The position numbers were made by a program, and so were the translations under genes. DNA of 60,760 bases from an uncultured Pelagibacteraceae bacterium. Lineage in GTDB: Bacteria; Pseudomonadota; Alphaproteobacteria; Pelagibacterales; Pelagibacteraceae. Below the pieces are notes generated by a model. It saw only the letters and a program-made list of their open reading frames with translations. It was not told the origin of the DNA and did no database searches. Each line of letters starts with the position of its first letter. Within the stretch, counting starts at the first letter, position 1. The stretch covers positions 1 through 60,760 of the forward strand of contig CABXXB010000001.1 in assembly GCA_902516065.1 (NCBI GenBank). The letters are read 5' to 3'. This document shows positions 50,084 to 58,712 of this stretch, piece after piece.

Positions 50084-52189
50084 ATGAAAATTGCAACAAT
50101 TCTTCCTTATAAAGAAAATTACACTATCTCAAAAGCACAAGCAGCAGCTATTTGGGTTAGTGATTTTTTTAAATTTTCAAAATATAAAAATCAAACATTT
50201 ATATATGGAAACACAAATACGAATGATTATTTAACAAAAAACTACGTAAATATTAAAATTAATAATTTAGGTGCCAAATTTACAAGTACTACTAAAGAAT
50301 ATTGTAATAATTTTATAAAAAAAACCAAAAAAAAAAATTTTGACATAATAGAAATACATAATAGACCTGAAGTATTTAATTTATTAAAACCAAACTTTAA
50401 TTCAAAATTTGTTTTATATTTTCATAACGATCCTCTAAGTATGTATGGATCAAAAAGTTCTAAAGAAAGACTAAAATTATTAATTAATCTTGATAAAATT
50501 GTTTTTATTAGTAAATGGGTACAAGATAGATTCTTTATTGATTTAGATAAAAAACTTTCAGATAAAACAGAGGTCATTTATCACAGTATTCACAAAATTA
50601 AAAAAAAAGAAAAAAAAGAAAACAGAATTACATTTGTAGGCAAATTAAATACTTCGAAAGGATATGATATTTATAAAGACGCAATCGTTAGAATTCTAAA
50701 TGAATTTAATGATTGGAAAGCATTCTCAATAGGTGACGAAGATAGAAAAAGACCAATTATTAGCCATGTTAATCATCGTGAATTAGGTTTTTTAAAACAT
50801 AAGAAAGTTTTAGATTTTTTAAGTAAATCAGAAATTGCAGTTGTTCCATCAAGATGGGAAGAACCTTTTGGCAGAACTGCCTTAGAGTCCTCTTCAAGAG
50901 CATGTGCAACTATAATATCAAATAGAGGTGGCTTACCCGAAACAACAGATCATTGTCTTATTTTAAAAAAATTAGACTCAGATGAGCTATACAAACAGAT
51001 TAAATTATTAATTAAAGATGATAAACTTCGTAAAAAATTACAAATCGGTGGTTTTAATAATATTAAACACTTAATAAAAAATAATACCATACTAATTGAT
51101 AAATTAAGAGAAAGCCTTGTACAAAATTTTAGTCTTAATTATTTACGAAATAAATTAAGAATTATTAATATATACAATACAGGACAAAAAAACTTTCATA
51201 GATTATATAATATTTCTCTTGGTAAAAAATTCACTAATGGATTTATTCGTAATGGTCATGATGTTTTGGAAATAAGCGATCGAGACTTTATTAGACAAAG
51301 TAGAAATTTATTTCAAATTAAGAATTCAGATAAATTTCAAGAATATTTAGTTAATACATTTAAAAACTATAATCCAGATTTAATTTTTTTTGGTCACACA
51401 CAAAATATTAAAAAAGATACAATTAATGAACTCAAAAATTTGAATAAAGGAATTATCCTTTCTCAATGGAATGAGGACCCAATAATGAAAAGTTTAAGTT
51501 ATTCTAAACAAAATCTTGCAAATATTTCACACTATTCAGATATTGTAGATCATAATTTTATAACAACGGATCCTAGTATTTTAAAAAAACAAATTAAAAC
51601 AACCAATAATTTTCACTTTTTCTTTGTTCCAGTTGACAAAAATATTGAATGTTTTGATGTTTCGAAAAAACAACCAATTAAAGATTTATTTTATGCAATG
51701 AGTCATGGGGTGAATAGGGCTACTCTAAAGAAGGGTAAAAGTGATTCAAGAATTCATTTTCTTAATAGTTTAATTAAAAAATTAGAAAATATTGATTATG
51801 ATTTTTATGGTTTTCAAAATAAAGAGCCTATTTGGGGCAATGATTTTTATCAAGCTTTAAATAATTCCAAAATGGGATTAAATCTTAGTAGGGGCTTACC
51901 TACAAAATACTATACCAGTAATAGAATTGCCTCACTAATGGGAAACGGCCTTTTAACATTTGTAGATAAAAAAACTCAATTAAATGATATGTTCAGTAAA
52001 AATGAGGTGGTAATGTATACCAGCATAAATGATTTAACTGAAAAAATTAATTTTTATAAAAGAAATGATCATTTAAGAAAAAAAATTGCCTCTGCAGGAA
52101 GAAAAAAATACTTTAAACTTTTTAATGAACTTAATATAGCCAAATATGTTTTAGATAAATCTCTTGGTAAAAATTCGAAATTATATTAA
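50084..52189 (+). CDS. Two-domain glycosyltransferase (GT4-like plus CgeB/Glyco_trans_1_2-like)
   Basis: VPSRWEEPFGRTALE in the N-half; SKMGLNLS...YTSNRI...G in the C-half. Confidence 0.8.
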   Translation: MKIATILPYKENYTISKAQAAAIWVSDFFKFSKYKNQTFIYGNTNTNDYLTKNYVNIKINNLGAKFTSTTKEYCNNFIKKTKKKNFDIIEIHNRPEVFNLLKPNFNSKFVLYFHNDPLSMYGSKSSKERLKLLINLDKIVFISKWVQDRFFIDLDKKLSDKTEVIYHSIHKIKKKEKKENRITFVGKLNTSKGYDIYKDAIVRILNEFNDWKAFSIGDEDRKRPIISHVNHRELGFLKHKKVLDFLSKSEIAVVPSRWEEPFGRTALESSSRACATIISNRGGLPETTDHCLILKKLDSDELYKQIKLLIKDDKLRKKLQIGGFNNIKHLIKNNTILIDKLRESLVQNFSLNYLRNKLRIINIYNTGQKNFHRLYNISLGKKFTNGFIRNGHDVLEISDRDFIRQSRNLFQIKNSDKFQEYLVNTFKNYNPDLIFFGHTQNIKKDTINELKNLNKGIILSQWNEDPIMKSLSYSKQNLANISHYSDIVDHNFITTDPSILKKQIKTTNNFHFFFVPVDKNIECFDVSKKQPIKDLFYAMSHGVNRATLKKGKSDSRIHFLNSLIKKLENIDYDFYGFQNKEPIWGNDFYQALNNSKMGLNLSRGLPTKYYTSNRIASLMGNGLLTFVDKKTQLNDMFSKNEVVMYTSINDLTEKINFYKRNDHLRKKIASAGRKKYFKLFNELNIAKYVLDKSLGKNSKLY

Positions 52190-53046
52190 TGAGAGTATCA
52201 ATTATTGTACCTACATATAATAATTTGAAATACTTAAAATTCTTTATTTATTCATTAAAAAAAAACTCAAATTATAATCATCAAATAATATTACATATAA
52301 ACGAAGGTTTGGATGGTACGCTTGAATTTGCAAAAAAAAATAATATTCAATTCTCGTGCAGCAGTGAAAATATAGGACTATGCAAGTCTCTAAATAAAGC
52401 CGCTAATTTAGTTAATACTAATTATATTCTTTATTCACATGATGATATGTTTTTTTGCAAAGATTGGGACTTATATTTAGAAAAAGAAGTTAAAAAATTT
52501 AATAATAATTTATTTTATCTTTCAGGTACAAATGTTTCTTATAAAGATGGTCTAATAAAATATAATTGTGGATCGACACCCGATGACTTTGATGAAATGA
52601 AATTTAATAATTTTTGTGAGACAGATAATAGTAGAGATTTACAAGGATCTCATTGGGCTCCTCATTTAGTTCACAAAGAAATGTGGGAAAGAGTAGGTGG
52701 CTTCAGTGAAGAATTTAATCCTGGTGATGGATCAGATCCAGATTTTTGTATGAAATTATGGAGTAATAAAGTTAGAATTTTTAAAACAATTTCTAAATTT
52801 AAAGTTTATCACTTTGGTTCTATCACTACTAGAAAAAGTAATGTTAAATTAAATAATGGAACTAAAACTTTTCTTTTAAAATTTGGTTTCAACCCTAGAT
52901 TTTTCAGAAAATATTATTTAAAGGGAGAAAAAGTTGAAATTTATAATGGTCCACTTGAAGATCCAGTTTTTTCATTTAATATTTTATACGATTTAGTAAT
53001 CAATAAATTCAAATATCTTTACCATTATATGGTAAGTAAAAAATGA
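52189..53046 (+). CDS. GT2 family glycosyltransferase
   Basis: SIIVPTYNN, HDDM and VGGFSEEF...SDPDF. Confidence 0.87.
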   Translation: MRVSIIVPTYNNLKYLKFFIYSLKKNSNYNHQIILHINEGLDGTLEFAKKNNIQFSCSSENIGLCKSLNKAANLVNTNYILYSHDDMFFCKDWDLYLEKEVKKFNNNLFYLSGTNVSYKDGLIKYNCGSTPDDFDEMKFNNFCETDNSRDLQGSHWAPHLVHKEMWERVGGFSEEFNPGDGSDPDFCMKLWSNKVRIFKTISKFKVYHFGSITTRKSNVKLNNGTKTFLLKFGFNPRFFRKYYLKGEKVEIYNGPLEDPVFSFNILYDLVINKFKYLYHYMVSKK

Positions 53047-53990
53047 ATAAGAAGCTTATACCAAGAATCTCAAATGGTTTTGGAAATCAAATGTTCTTAT
53101 ATGCTACATCATATGTTTTGGCAAAAAAGAATAATTATGATTTGTTTTTAGATATTCATACTGGGATTAATCACGATATTAAAAAAAGTAAAAAAAATAA
53201 ATTCAAAAATTATATACCTAAATATGAATTAGAGATCTTTAATTTAAGTTGTGATATTTTAAATAAAGATTTAACTTTTGACTCAACTCTTGGATATCTT
53301 AAACGTAAAATTTATATTTTCTTAGATAAATTTAAGAAAAACAAAAATTTTATTTTTGAAAAAAAAAATTTACAAAAACATCATTTTTTCAACCAAATAG
53401 ACCAATCTTTTTTTCAAAATAAAAAAATATATATTGAAGGTCATTTTGAATCAGAAAAATATTTTCTAGAATACAGAAATGATATTTTAAATGAGTTTGA
53501 TTTCAAAAATAAAATTACTTGTAATGAAAAATATTATAAAAATATTGTTAATTCTAATTCAATTTCCTTAGTGTTTAGAAGTAATCGTTTTACTGAAAAA
53601 TACAGGGATGAAAAATCACTAGAAAAAATTAATAAAACAAAAAAATTTGAAGATGATCAATATGTTTATATTTTAAAAGCTATCGAGTATTTTAATAAAA
53701 GAATTTCAAATCCAAAATTTTTTTTATTTTCAGACGATTTTACAAAAATTGAAAATAAGCTTAAAAATTTTAATAATATTATTTTCGTAAAAAATTTCTT
53801 ATCCAACAAAACATTAGAAGATTTTTTTCTAATGATTAAATGTAAAAATTACGCCGTAGGACCTACTACTTTCCATTGGTGGTCAGCTTGGCTTAATAAT
53901 AATCCTGATAAAATTTGTATAAGACCTCATAATCTTAACCCTTCAAATAATATAGATTTTTGGCCTGAATCTTGGGATATTATCAAATGA
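53043..53990 (+). CDS. GT11 family (alpha-1,2-fucosyltransferase-like)
   Basis: GFGNQMFLYA, GHFESEKYF, FSDD and TTFHWWSAWL. Confidence 0.78.
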   Translation: MNKKLIPRISNGFGNQMFLYATSYVLAKKNNYDLFLDIHTGINHDIKKSKKNKFKNYIPKYELEIFNLSCDILNKDLTFDSTLGYLKRKIYIFLDKFKKNKNFIFEKKNLQKHHFFNQIDQSFFQNKKIYIEGHFESEKYFLEYRNDILNEFDFKNKITCNEKYYKNIVNSNSISLVFRSNRFTEKYRDEKSLEKINKTKKFEDDQYVYILKAIEYFNKRISNPKFFLFSDDFTKIENKLKNFNNIIFVKNFLSNKTLEDFFLMIKCKNYAVGPTTFHWWSAWLNNNPDKICIRPHNLNPSNNIDFWPESWDIIK

Positions 53991-54715
53991 AAAGATTTCT
54001 CTCAAAACTGTTAAATCCAAGATGTGTTTATATTAATTTATATAATTCAATTTCTGAAATACCTCGATATTTCAACACAACCAATTATCTAAATAAAAAA
54101 CAAAACCTTATAGAGTTTAATAACTTCAAGAAAAATAAAAATTTTTTTTATAAAATAAGAGAATCATTTTTATCAATTTTCATAAGTTCATATGAGAAAG
54201 ATATTATTTCGATTTTAGATATTGGGGGAGGTTTTAATAATGTTTATGAATTTATCACTAATTCCTCTTCTAAAAAAATTGATGTTACTGTCTTAGAAAC
54301 CAAAATGATTGTTGATTTAATGAAGCCAGAAACAAAAGATATTCAAAATTTAAATTATATTGAAGATATTAATAATACACAGAAGAATTTTGATATTATT
54401 TATTTCGGAACCTCATTTCAATATTTTATTTCTCTAGAACAATTTTTATCAAAGATTTTTAAACTTAAAGCCAAATATATAGTCATAGCAGATACTATTT
54501 TTTTAGAAAAAAGGAATTCTCTAGTTACTTTACAAATAAATACTTTTCCATCAATAATACCTCAAAAATTTAACAATATAAATGAGGTAATCAATCTTTT
54601 TAAAAATAATAATTATAATTTAATTTACAAATCAAAAAGGAAACCTGGAAAACATAATATACTAAAAAAAAACGAATACTTTTATAGAGATTTAATTTTC
54701 GAAAGTTTTGATTAG
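53987..54715 (+). CDS. SAM-dependent methyltransferase (TIGR04325-like)
   Basis: ILDIGGG and DIIYFGTSFQY; ATGA overlap with the GT11 stop. Confidence 0.7.
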   Translation: MKRFLSKLLNPRCVYINLYNSISEIPRYFNTTNYLNKKQNLIEFNNFKKNKNFFYKIRESFLSIFISSYEKDIISILDIGGGFNNVYEFITNSSSKKIDVTVLETKMIVDLMKPETKDIQNLNYIEDINNTQKNFDIIYFGTSFQYFISLEQFLSKIFKLKAKYIVIADTIFLEKRNSLVTLQINTFPSIIPQKFNNINEVINLFKNNNYNLIYKSKRKPGKHNILKKNEYFYRDLIFESFD

Positions 54716-54716
54716 A

Positions 54717-55670
54717 TTAAATTTTTATTTTATTTAAAGCATTATTTTTAAATATATTGGCTTCTTTTATATATCTTCTAACCATTTGTGTAGTTTTATG
54801 ACCTGTCATTGCCATTATACTTCTTTCATCTGCGCCTGACTCGGCTGCAACTGTTGCAAAACCTGATCTTAAACTATGACCTGCAAAGTTTTTATTTTCA
54901 ATGCCTGCTAAATTTAGATATTCTTTCATTAGCAAAACTACAGATTGGTCTGTTAATCTATTATCGGTTAAATATGAGCCTTTAGAAAATCTTCTAAAAA
55001 TAGGTCCAGATTTTATTTTAGCAATTTCTAACCATTTTTTAAGATTAGCTACTGGACAATAAGTTTCATTATTAAAGTAGGGTAGGCCCTTAGTCATTCC
55101 CTCACCAAATTGGTCGGTTTTAGATCTTTTAATTGTTATTTTAAGCCCCTCAGAAACAAATTCTAAATCTTCATGGTCAATTGAAATGAGCTCAGTTCGT
55201 CTAAAACCACCCCCAAAGCCAATTAAGATTATTGACTTATCTCTTAATTTCTTAATCTCCTCAGTTTTTTGTTCATTAATTACATTAATTATTAATTTTA
55301 AATGATTGATTAATATAGGTTTTTTTCCTTTTTGAATGCTCCCTTTAACTCTTCTTATACCCATTAAATTTTCAACAATGATTGGATGTTTTGTATCTAA
55401 ATAATGCCCTTTAAGCTTATGAACCATACTTATTGATACCAATCTTCTTCTTAAAGTGCTGATTTTTGAATTCTTAGAGAGGTGTGTTAAATATAAAGAA
55501 ACTATTTTAGGTTCTGATGGTAAAGAATTTAAACCATGCTTAACACAAAAAGCACCAAAATCTTTAAAGTCTGATTTATATGCTCTTAATGTATTGTTAG
55601 CTTTAGAGCTTTTAAGATTATTTAAAGTTGCTTCATGAAGCGATTTTAAATCTGTTGTTAGTTCATTCAT
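54717..55670 (-). CDS. Cre-like tyrosine recombinase
   Basis: N-terminal NTLRAY domain; catalytic set FRRTEL (R), SKTDQ (K), GHSLRSG (HxxR), TGH and RRY (Y). Confidence 0.9.
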   Translation of the reverse strand: MNELTTDLKSLHEATLNNLKSSKANNTLRAYKSDFKDFGAFCVKHGLNSLPSEPKIVSLYLTHLSKNSKISTLRRRLVSISMVHKLKGHYLDTKHPIIVENLMGIRRVKGSIQKGKKPILINHLKLIINVINEQKTEEIKKLRDKSIILIGFGGGFRRTELISIDHEDLEFVSEGLKITIKRSKTDQFGEGMTKGLPYFNNETYCPVANLKKWLEIAKIKSGPIFRRFSKGSYLTDNRLTDQSVVLLMKEYLNLAGIENKNFAGHSLRSGFATVAAESGADERSIMAMTGHKTTQMVRRYIKEANIFKNNALNKIKI

Positions 55671-55673
55671 ATA

Positions 55674-55708
55674 ATTACTATTGATAACAATTAATTATCA
55701 ATAGTAAT
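55674..55708. other. lox/dif-like recombination site: perfect 14-bp inverted arms with a 7-bp spacer
   Basis: ATTACTATTGATAA-CAATTAA-TTATCAATAGTAAT, 3 bp upstream of the recombinase ATG. Confidence 0.7.
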
Positions 55709-55749
55709 ATATCAAGTGATTTCTAATGTCAATAGTTTAAAATAAATTT

Positions 55750-55917
55750 ATGGGAACAATTGATGGTATTATAGAACCTATATATTTTTTGATAACATCA
55801 ATTGCTTTTATAATTTTAAGCTTAATTCAATATAAAAAAGTTGGAAAAAGCATTGAAACTATTTACCTATCAATTTTAGCAATAGTATTTTTAATCAGCT
55901 ATCTAATATTACTCTAA
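55750..55917 (+). CDS. 55-aa two-TM small membrane protein (below ORF-track cutoff)
   Basis: MGTIDGIIEPIYFLITSIAFIILSLIQYKKVGKSIETIYLSILAIVFLISYLILL*: two hydrophobic helices with a basic loop. Confidence 0.5.
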   Translation: MGTIDGIIEPIYFLITSIAFIILSLIQYKKVGKSIETIYLSILAIVFLISYLILL

Positions 55918-56023
55918 AAACAGACTAAGTTATCACCATTATTCACAGATAATTATTTAAAATAAAAGAATCAATTAGAAAGTGATACATCTATTTTACT
56001 TAACATGTTAATTTTAAAATAAC

Positions 56024-56208
56024 TTAAGAGGCAACTCTTAACTGGCCATCCAGGGAAAAGTCGAGAGACCCAAGCCTGGAGGGCAGAAAACCCTGCAAAG
56101 CAGCGCTAAACATGCGGGGTGGTCGGTTCGGCGGTAGCGCATAAAACGACGAGCCAAAACTACTGTTCTTTGCACCATAAAAAGTGCAAGGAAACAGGGG
56201 TTTTTTTC
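56024..56208 (+). ncRNA. Unidentified GC-rich structured RNA
   Basis: Hand count 86 G+C in 160 nt (56041-56200) in very AT-rich surroundings; GNRA-capped hairpins on + strand; multiple G-U-containing stems; 3' hairpin followed by GGG and T7. Confidence 0.72.
56163..56207 (+). terminator. Terminator-like hairpin at the 3' end of the RNA
   Basis: CTGTT-CTTTGCAC / GTGCAAGG-A-AACAG stem, then GGG and TTTTTTT. Confidence 0.45.
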
Positions 56209-56212
56209 AAAA

Positions 56213-56488
56213 ATGACCCTCAAAGGAACAAAATTTCAATTAAAAGTCTGGAAATATCTTAGAAGTATTAAAAAAGGTACTGTAAAAACCTATAAAGAAG
56301 TGGCTATTGCTATAAAAAGCCCTAAATCAGCTCGTGCAGTAGCTAATGCATGTGCAAAAAACCCATATGCTCCAAAAATACCCTGTCATAGAGTTATTAG
56401 GTCTGATGGAACTCTTGGGGGCTACTCTGGAAGAGGTGGAATTAAACAAAAGCTTAAATTATTAAGATATGAAAAGGTAGCAATTTAG
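56213..56488 (+). CDS. ogt: O6-methylguanine-DNA methyltransferase family protein (C-terminal domain only)
   Basis: TKFQLKVW, TYKEVA, ARAVANA, IPCHRV (active Cys present) and GGY. Confidence 0.85.
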   Translation: MTLKGTKFQLKVWKYLRSIKKGTVKTYKEVAIAIKSPKSARAVANACAKNPYAPKIPCHRVIRSDGTLGGYSGRGGIKQKLKLLRYEKVAI

Positions 56489-56947
56489 GCATTTTTAAAG
56501 CTTTTTTAAGTTAAAAAAACCAATAAATTCAACGTTTTTTTACCATTTTATCTGTTTTCTTCATAAATAGTATAATTCACCTTTCAGTTGTAGCATATAT
56601 AGGCTTATATCTAAAATAGACCCCTCTATGGCCGTTTAAATGGTATATTCAATTAGTGCATCGCTCTACTATTCAAGACTAACAACACTTTTTGAATACC
56701 CTATTTTTTGAATAATTTCATTATTACTAATTGAGAAAACCCTTTAATTTAAATGATTATTTCATCTTTTTCATAATTAGACGACAATTTTAATATTTTG
56801 TAGCAATTTAAGATGATTGAGTTTTGTAAAATCATAAAATAATATAATTTTATCGTTTTTATTTTATTTAATAAATCTAATAATTACAATAATTTAACTA
56901 AATTAATTAATGTAATACTTTATATATTAGTAAACAAATATTTACTA

Positions 56948-57799
56948 TTAGTCGAGCTTTTTAACAATCTTTTCTCTTCTAGAAATGTAAATGCCACTTA
57001 AGACGATTATGAATAAACCTAAGAAAGTCCAATTATCAGGAAAATCACTAAAGAAATAAAAACCTATAATGATATTTGTAATGATCTCAAAATAACTAAA
57101 TGGTGCTAATTTAGAAGCATCTGCGTATTTAAGAGATAATATTAAGAATAAATGCCCCACACAAGCAAATACACCTATAGCAGCCATCATTGACCATTGA
57201 TTAAATGTTGGTTTAACCCAAATAAATGGCATTAAAGTAGAGATGATTATGGCCCCTACTGCACCAGTTAATAACAAAGTTAAAAGAGGGTTATCTGAAG
57301 TACTCAATTTTCGAGTAATAATTAAATAAAACCCATACATTACACCTGTTCCAAGAGCTGCTATACTTGCTAAATTAATCTCTACAAAACCAGGCCTTAT
57401 AACTACTAAAGAACCTATAAATCCTATAATTACAGCAGACCACCTTCTAAAACCTACCTTCTCACCTAAAAAAATTGGAGAAAAAGCAGTAACGATTAAA
57501 GGTGCAATAAAAGCTAAAGTTAATGCTTTTGCTAAAGAGATTACTGAAATAGCATAAAAAAAACAAATGTTGGCTGTTAAAAGAATTAAACCTCTTATAA
57601 ATTGTAACTTTGGTTTATCTGTCCAAACAAGATTTTTTCGAAAAAAGAAAAACATAATTGGAAAAGTGAAAGCTACGGTAAAAAAGTATCTAGCCCATGT
57701 TATTTGTAATACTGGTAAATCTGCACTTAAATATTTTGCAAATCCATCCATAATTGGAAGCATTACCCAAGCTAATAGATTATAAGTTATAGCCTTCAT
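56948..57799 (-). CDS. DMT/EamA family transporter
   Basis: Duplicated EamA domain; LGEKVGFRRW and ASKLAPFSY. Confidence 0.87.
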   Translation of the reverse strand: MKAITYNLLAWVMLPIMDGFAKYLSADLPVLQITWARYFFTVAFTFPIMFFFFRKNLVWTDKPKLQFIRGLILLTANICFFYAISVISLAKALTLAFIAPLIVTAFSPIFLGEKVGFRRWSAVIIGFIGSLVVIRPGFVEINLASIAALGTGVMYGFYLIITRKLSTSDNPLLTLLLTGAVGAIIISTLMPFIWVKPTFNQWSMMAAIGVFACVGHLFLILSLKYADASKLAPFSYFEIITNIIIGFYFFSDFPDNWTFLGLFIIVLSGIYISRREKIVKKLD

Positions 57800-57815
57800 T
57801 AAGCTAAGATATAGA

Positions 57816-58712
57816 TTAATTAAAGTATTTTAAAGCAAAGAATACAACGATTGGGATGGTTATAAATGACATTAAGGTTGAAACCACAATAGTGCTAGCA
57901 ACACTGTCAACAATTTTTTTAGGTGAATACATACTACCAACTAAATAATTCAAAATAGCACTAGGCATTGCACTTTGTATAAGTAAAACACCTGCAGCTA
58001 ATCCAGATAAATCAAAATTATAAATCACAGCAAATGCTATTAATGGTCCTATTATAACTCTACATAAAGATAAAATAATTGAGTTTTTTAATGAAAATTT
58101 AAATCTTGTAAGAGCAATACCTAATGACATTAATACTAAAAAAATTGTTGCATATGTTAATAGAAACGTTGTGTTCTCAAGAAATAAAGGTGTATCAATT
58201 TCAAAATATAAAAAGAAAACAGATATAATAATTGCATATACAGGCGGACTTTTAATCAAGACATCAAAAGAAAAGCTTTTTTTTGCTAAAAAAACTCCTA
58301 ATGTAAAGTGGAATAAAATTATGACTGATGCTATTGCAGAAGCAACACCAAGTCCCTGTGTTCCATAAGCAAAAAGACAAATTGGAACACCCATGTTTCC
58401 TGTATTTGGAAGAATTAATGGCGGAAGTTCCATACTTAAATCCTTTTTAAGAAAAAAAAGAAGCAAAAGCCCAATAATTGCAAAACCAGCAATCATTATT
58501 AAAGCATAAACGAAATAGTGGATAAAAATACTCAAAGTAATTCCAGTTGTTGTTACTGTATAAAAAATCATCGCTGGTGTACCGATATTACCAGCAAAAT
58601 TTGTTATAAAATTAGTATCAAATTTAGGATTTTTCTTTCCAAGATAATAACCAACACCAATAACAAAAAAAACAGGAAATATAACTTCAAAAATTTTTAT
58701 ATAAATTTCCAT
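57816..58712 (-). CDS. AEC family transporter
   Basis: PAMIF, NTGNMGVP and QSAMPSA. Confidence 0.85.
   Translation of the reverse strand: MEIYIKIFEVIFPVFFVIGVGYYLGKKNPKFDTNFITNFAGNIGTPAMIFYTVTTTGITLSIFIHYFVYALIMIAGFAIIGLLLLFFLKKDLSMELPPLILPNTGNMGVPICLFAYGTQGLGVASAIASVIILFHFTLGVFLAKKSFSFDVLIKSPPVYAIIISVFFLYFEIDTPLFLENTTFLLTYATIFLVLMSLGIALTRFKFSLKNSIILSLCRVIIGPLIAFAVIYNFDLSGLAAGVLLIQSAMPSAILNYLVGSMYSPKKIVDSVASTIVVSTLMSFITIPIVVFFALKYFN

Noticed and set aside
49746-55670. Integrative element or prophage inserted at tRNA-Glu
   Set aside because: I found no duplicated tRNA 3' end near the recombinase, no phage or conjugation genes, and the recombinase is Cre-like and distal to the tRNA
56024-56208. 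Assignment of the RNA to RNase P, 6S, SRP, tmRNA, c-di-GMP-I or glmS
   Set aside because: Only short word matches (GGAAAAGTC, GCAAAGC, CTAAAC, AGCGC, GACGAG, TTCGGCGG) in the wrong order or context. No GAGGAAAGTCC core, SRP loop, tRNA-like ends or 6S-like rod. A covariance search is still needed.
56038-56223. 61-aa minus-strand ORF over the GC-rich segment
   Set aside because: No recognisable motifs, atypical composition and overlap with the ogt start; the GC content is better explained by + strand RNA stems
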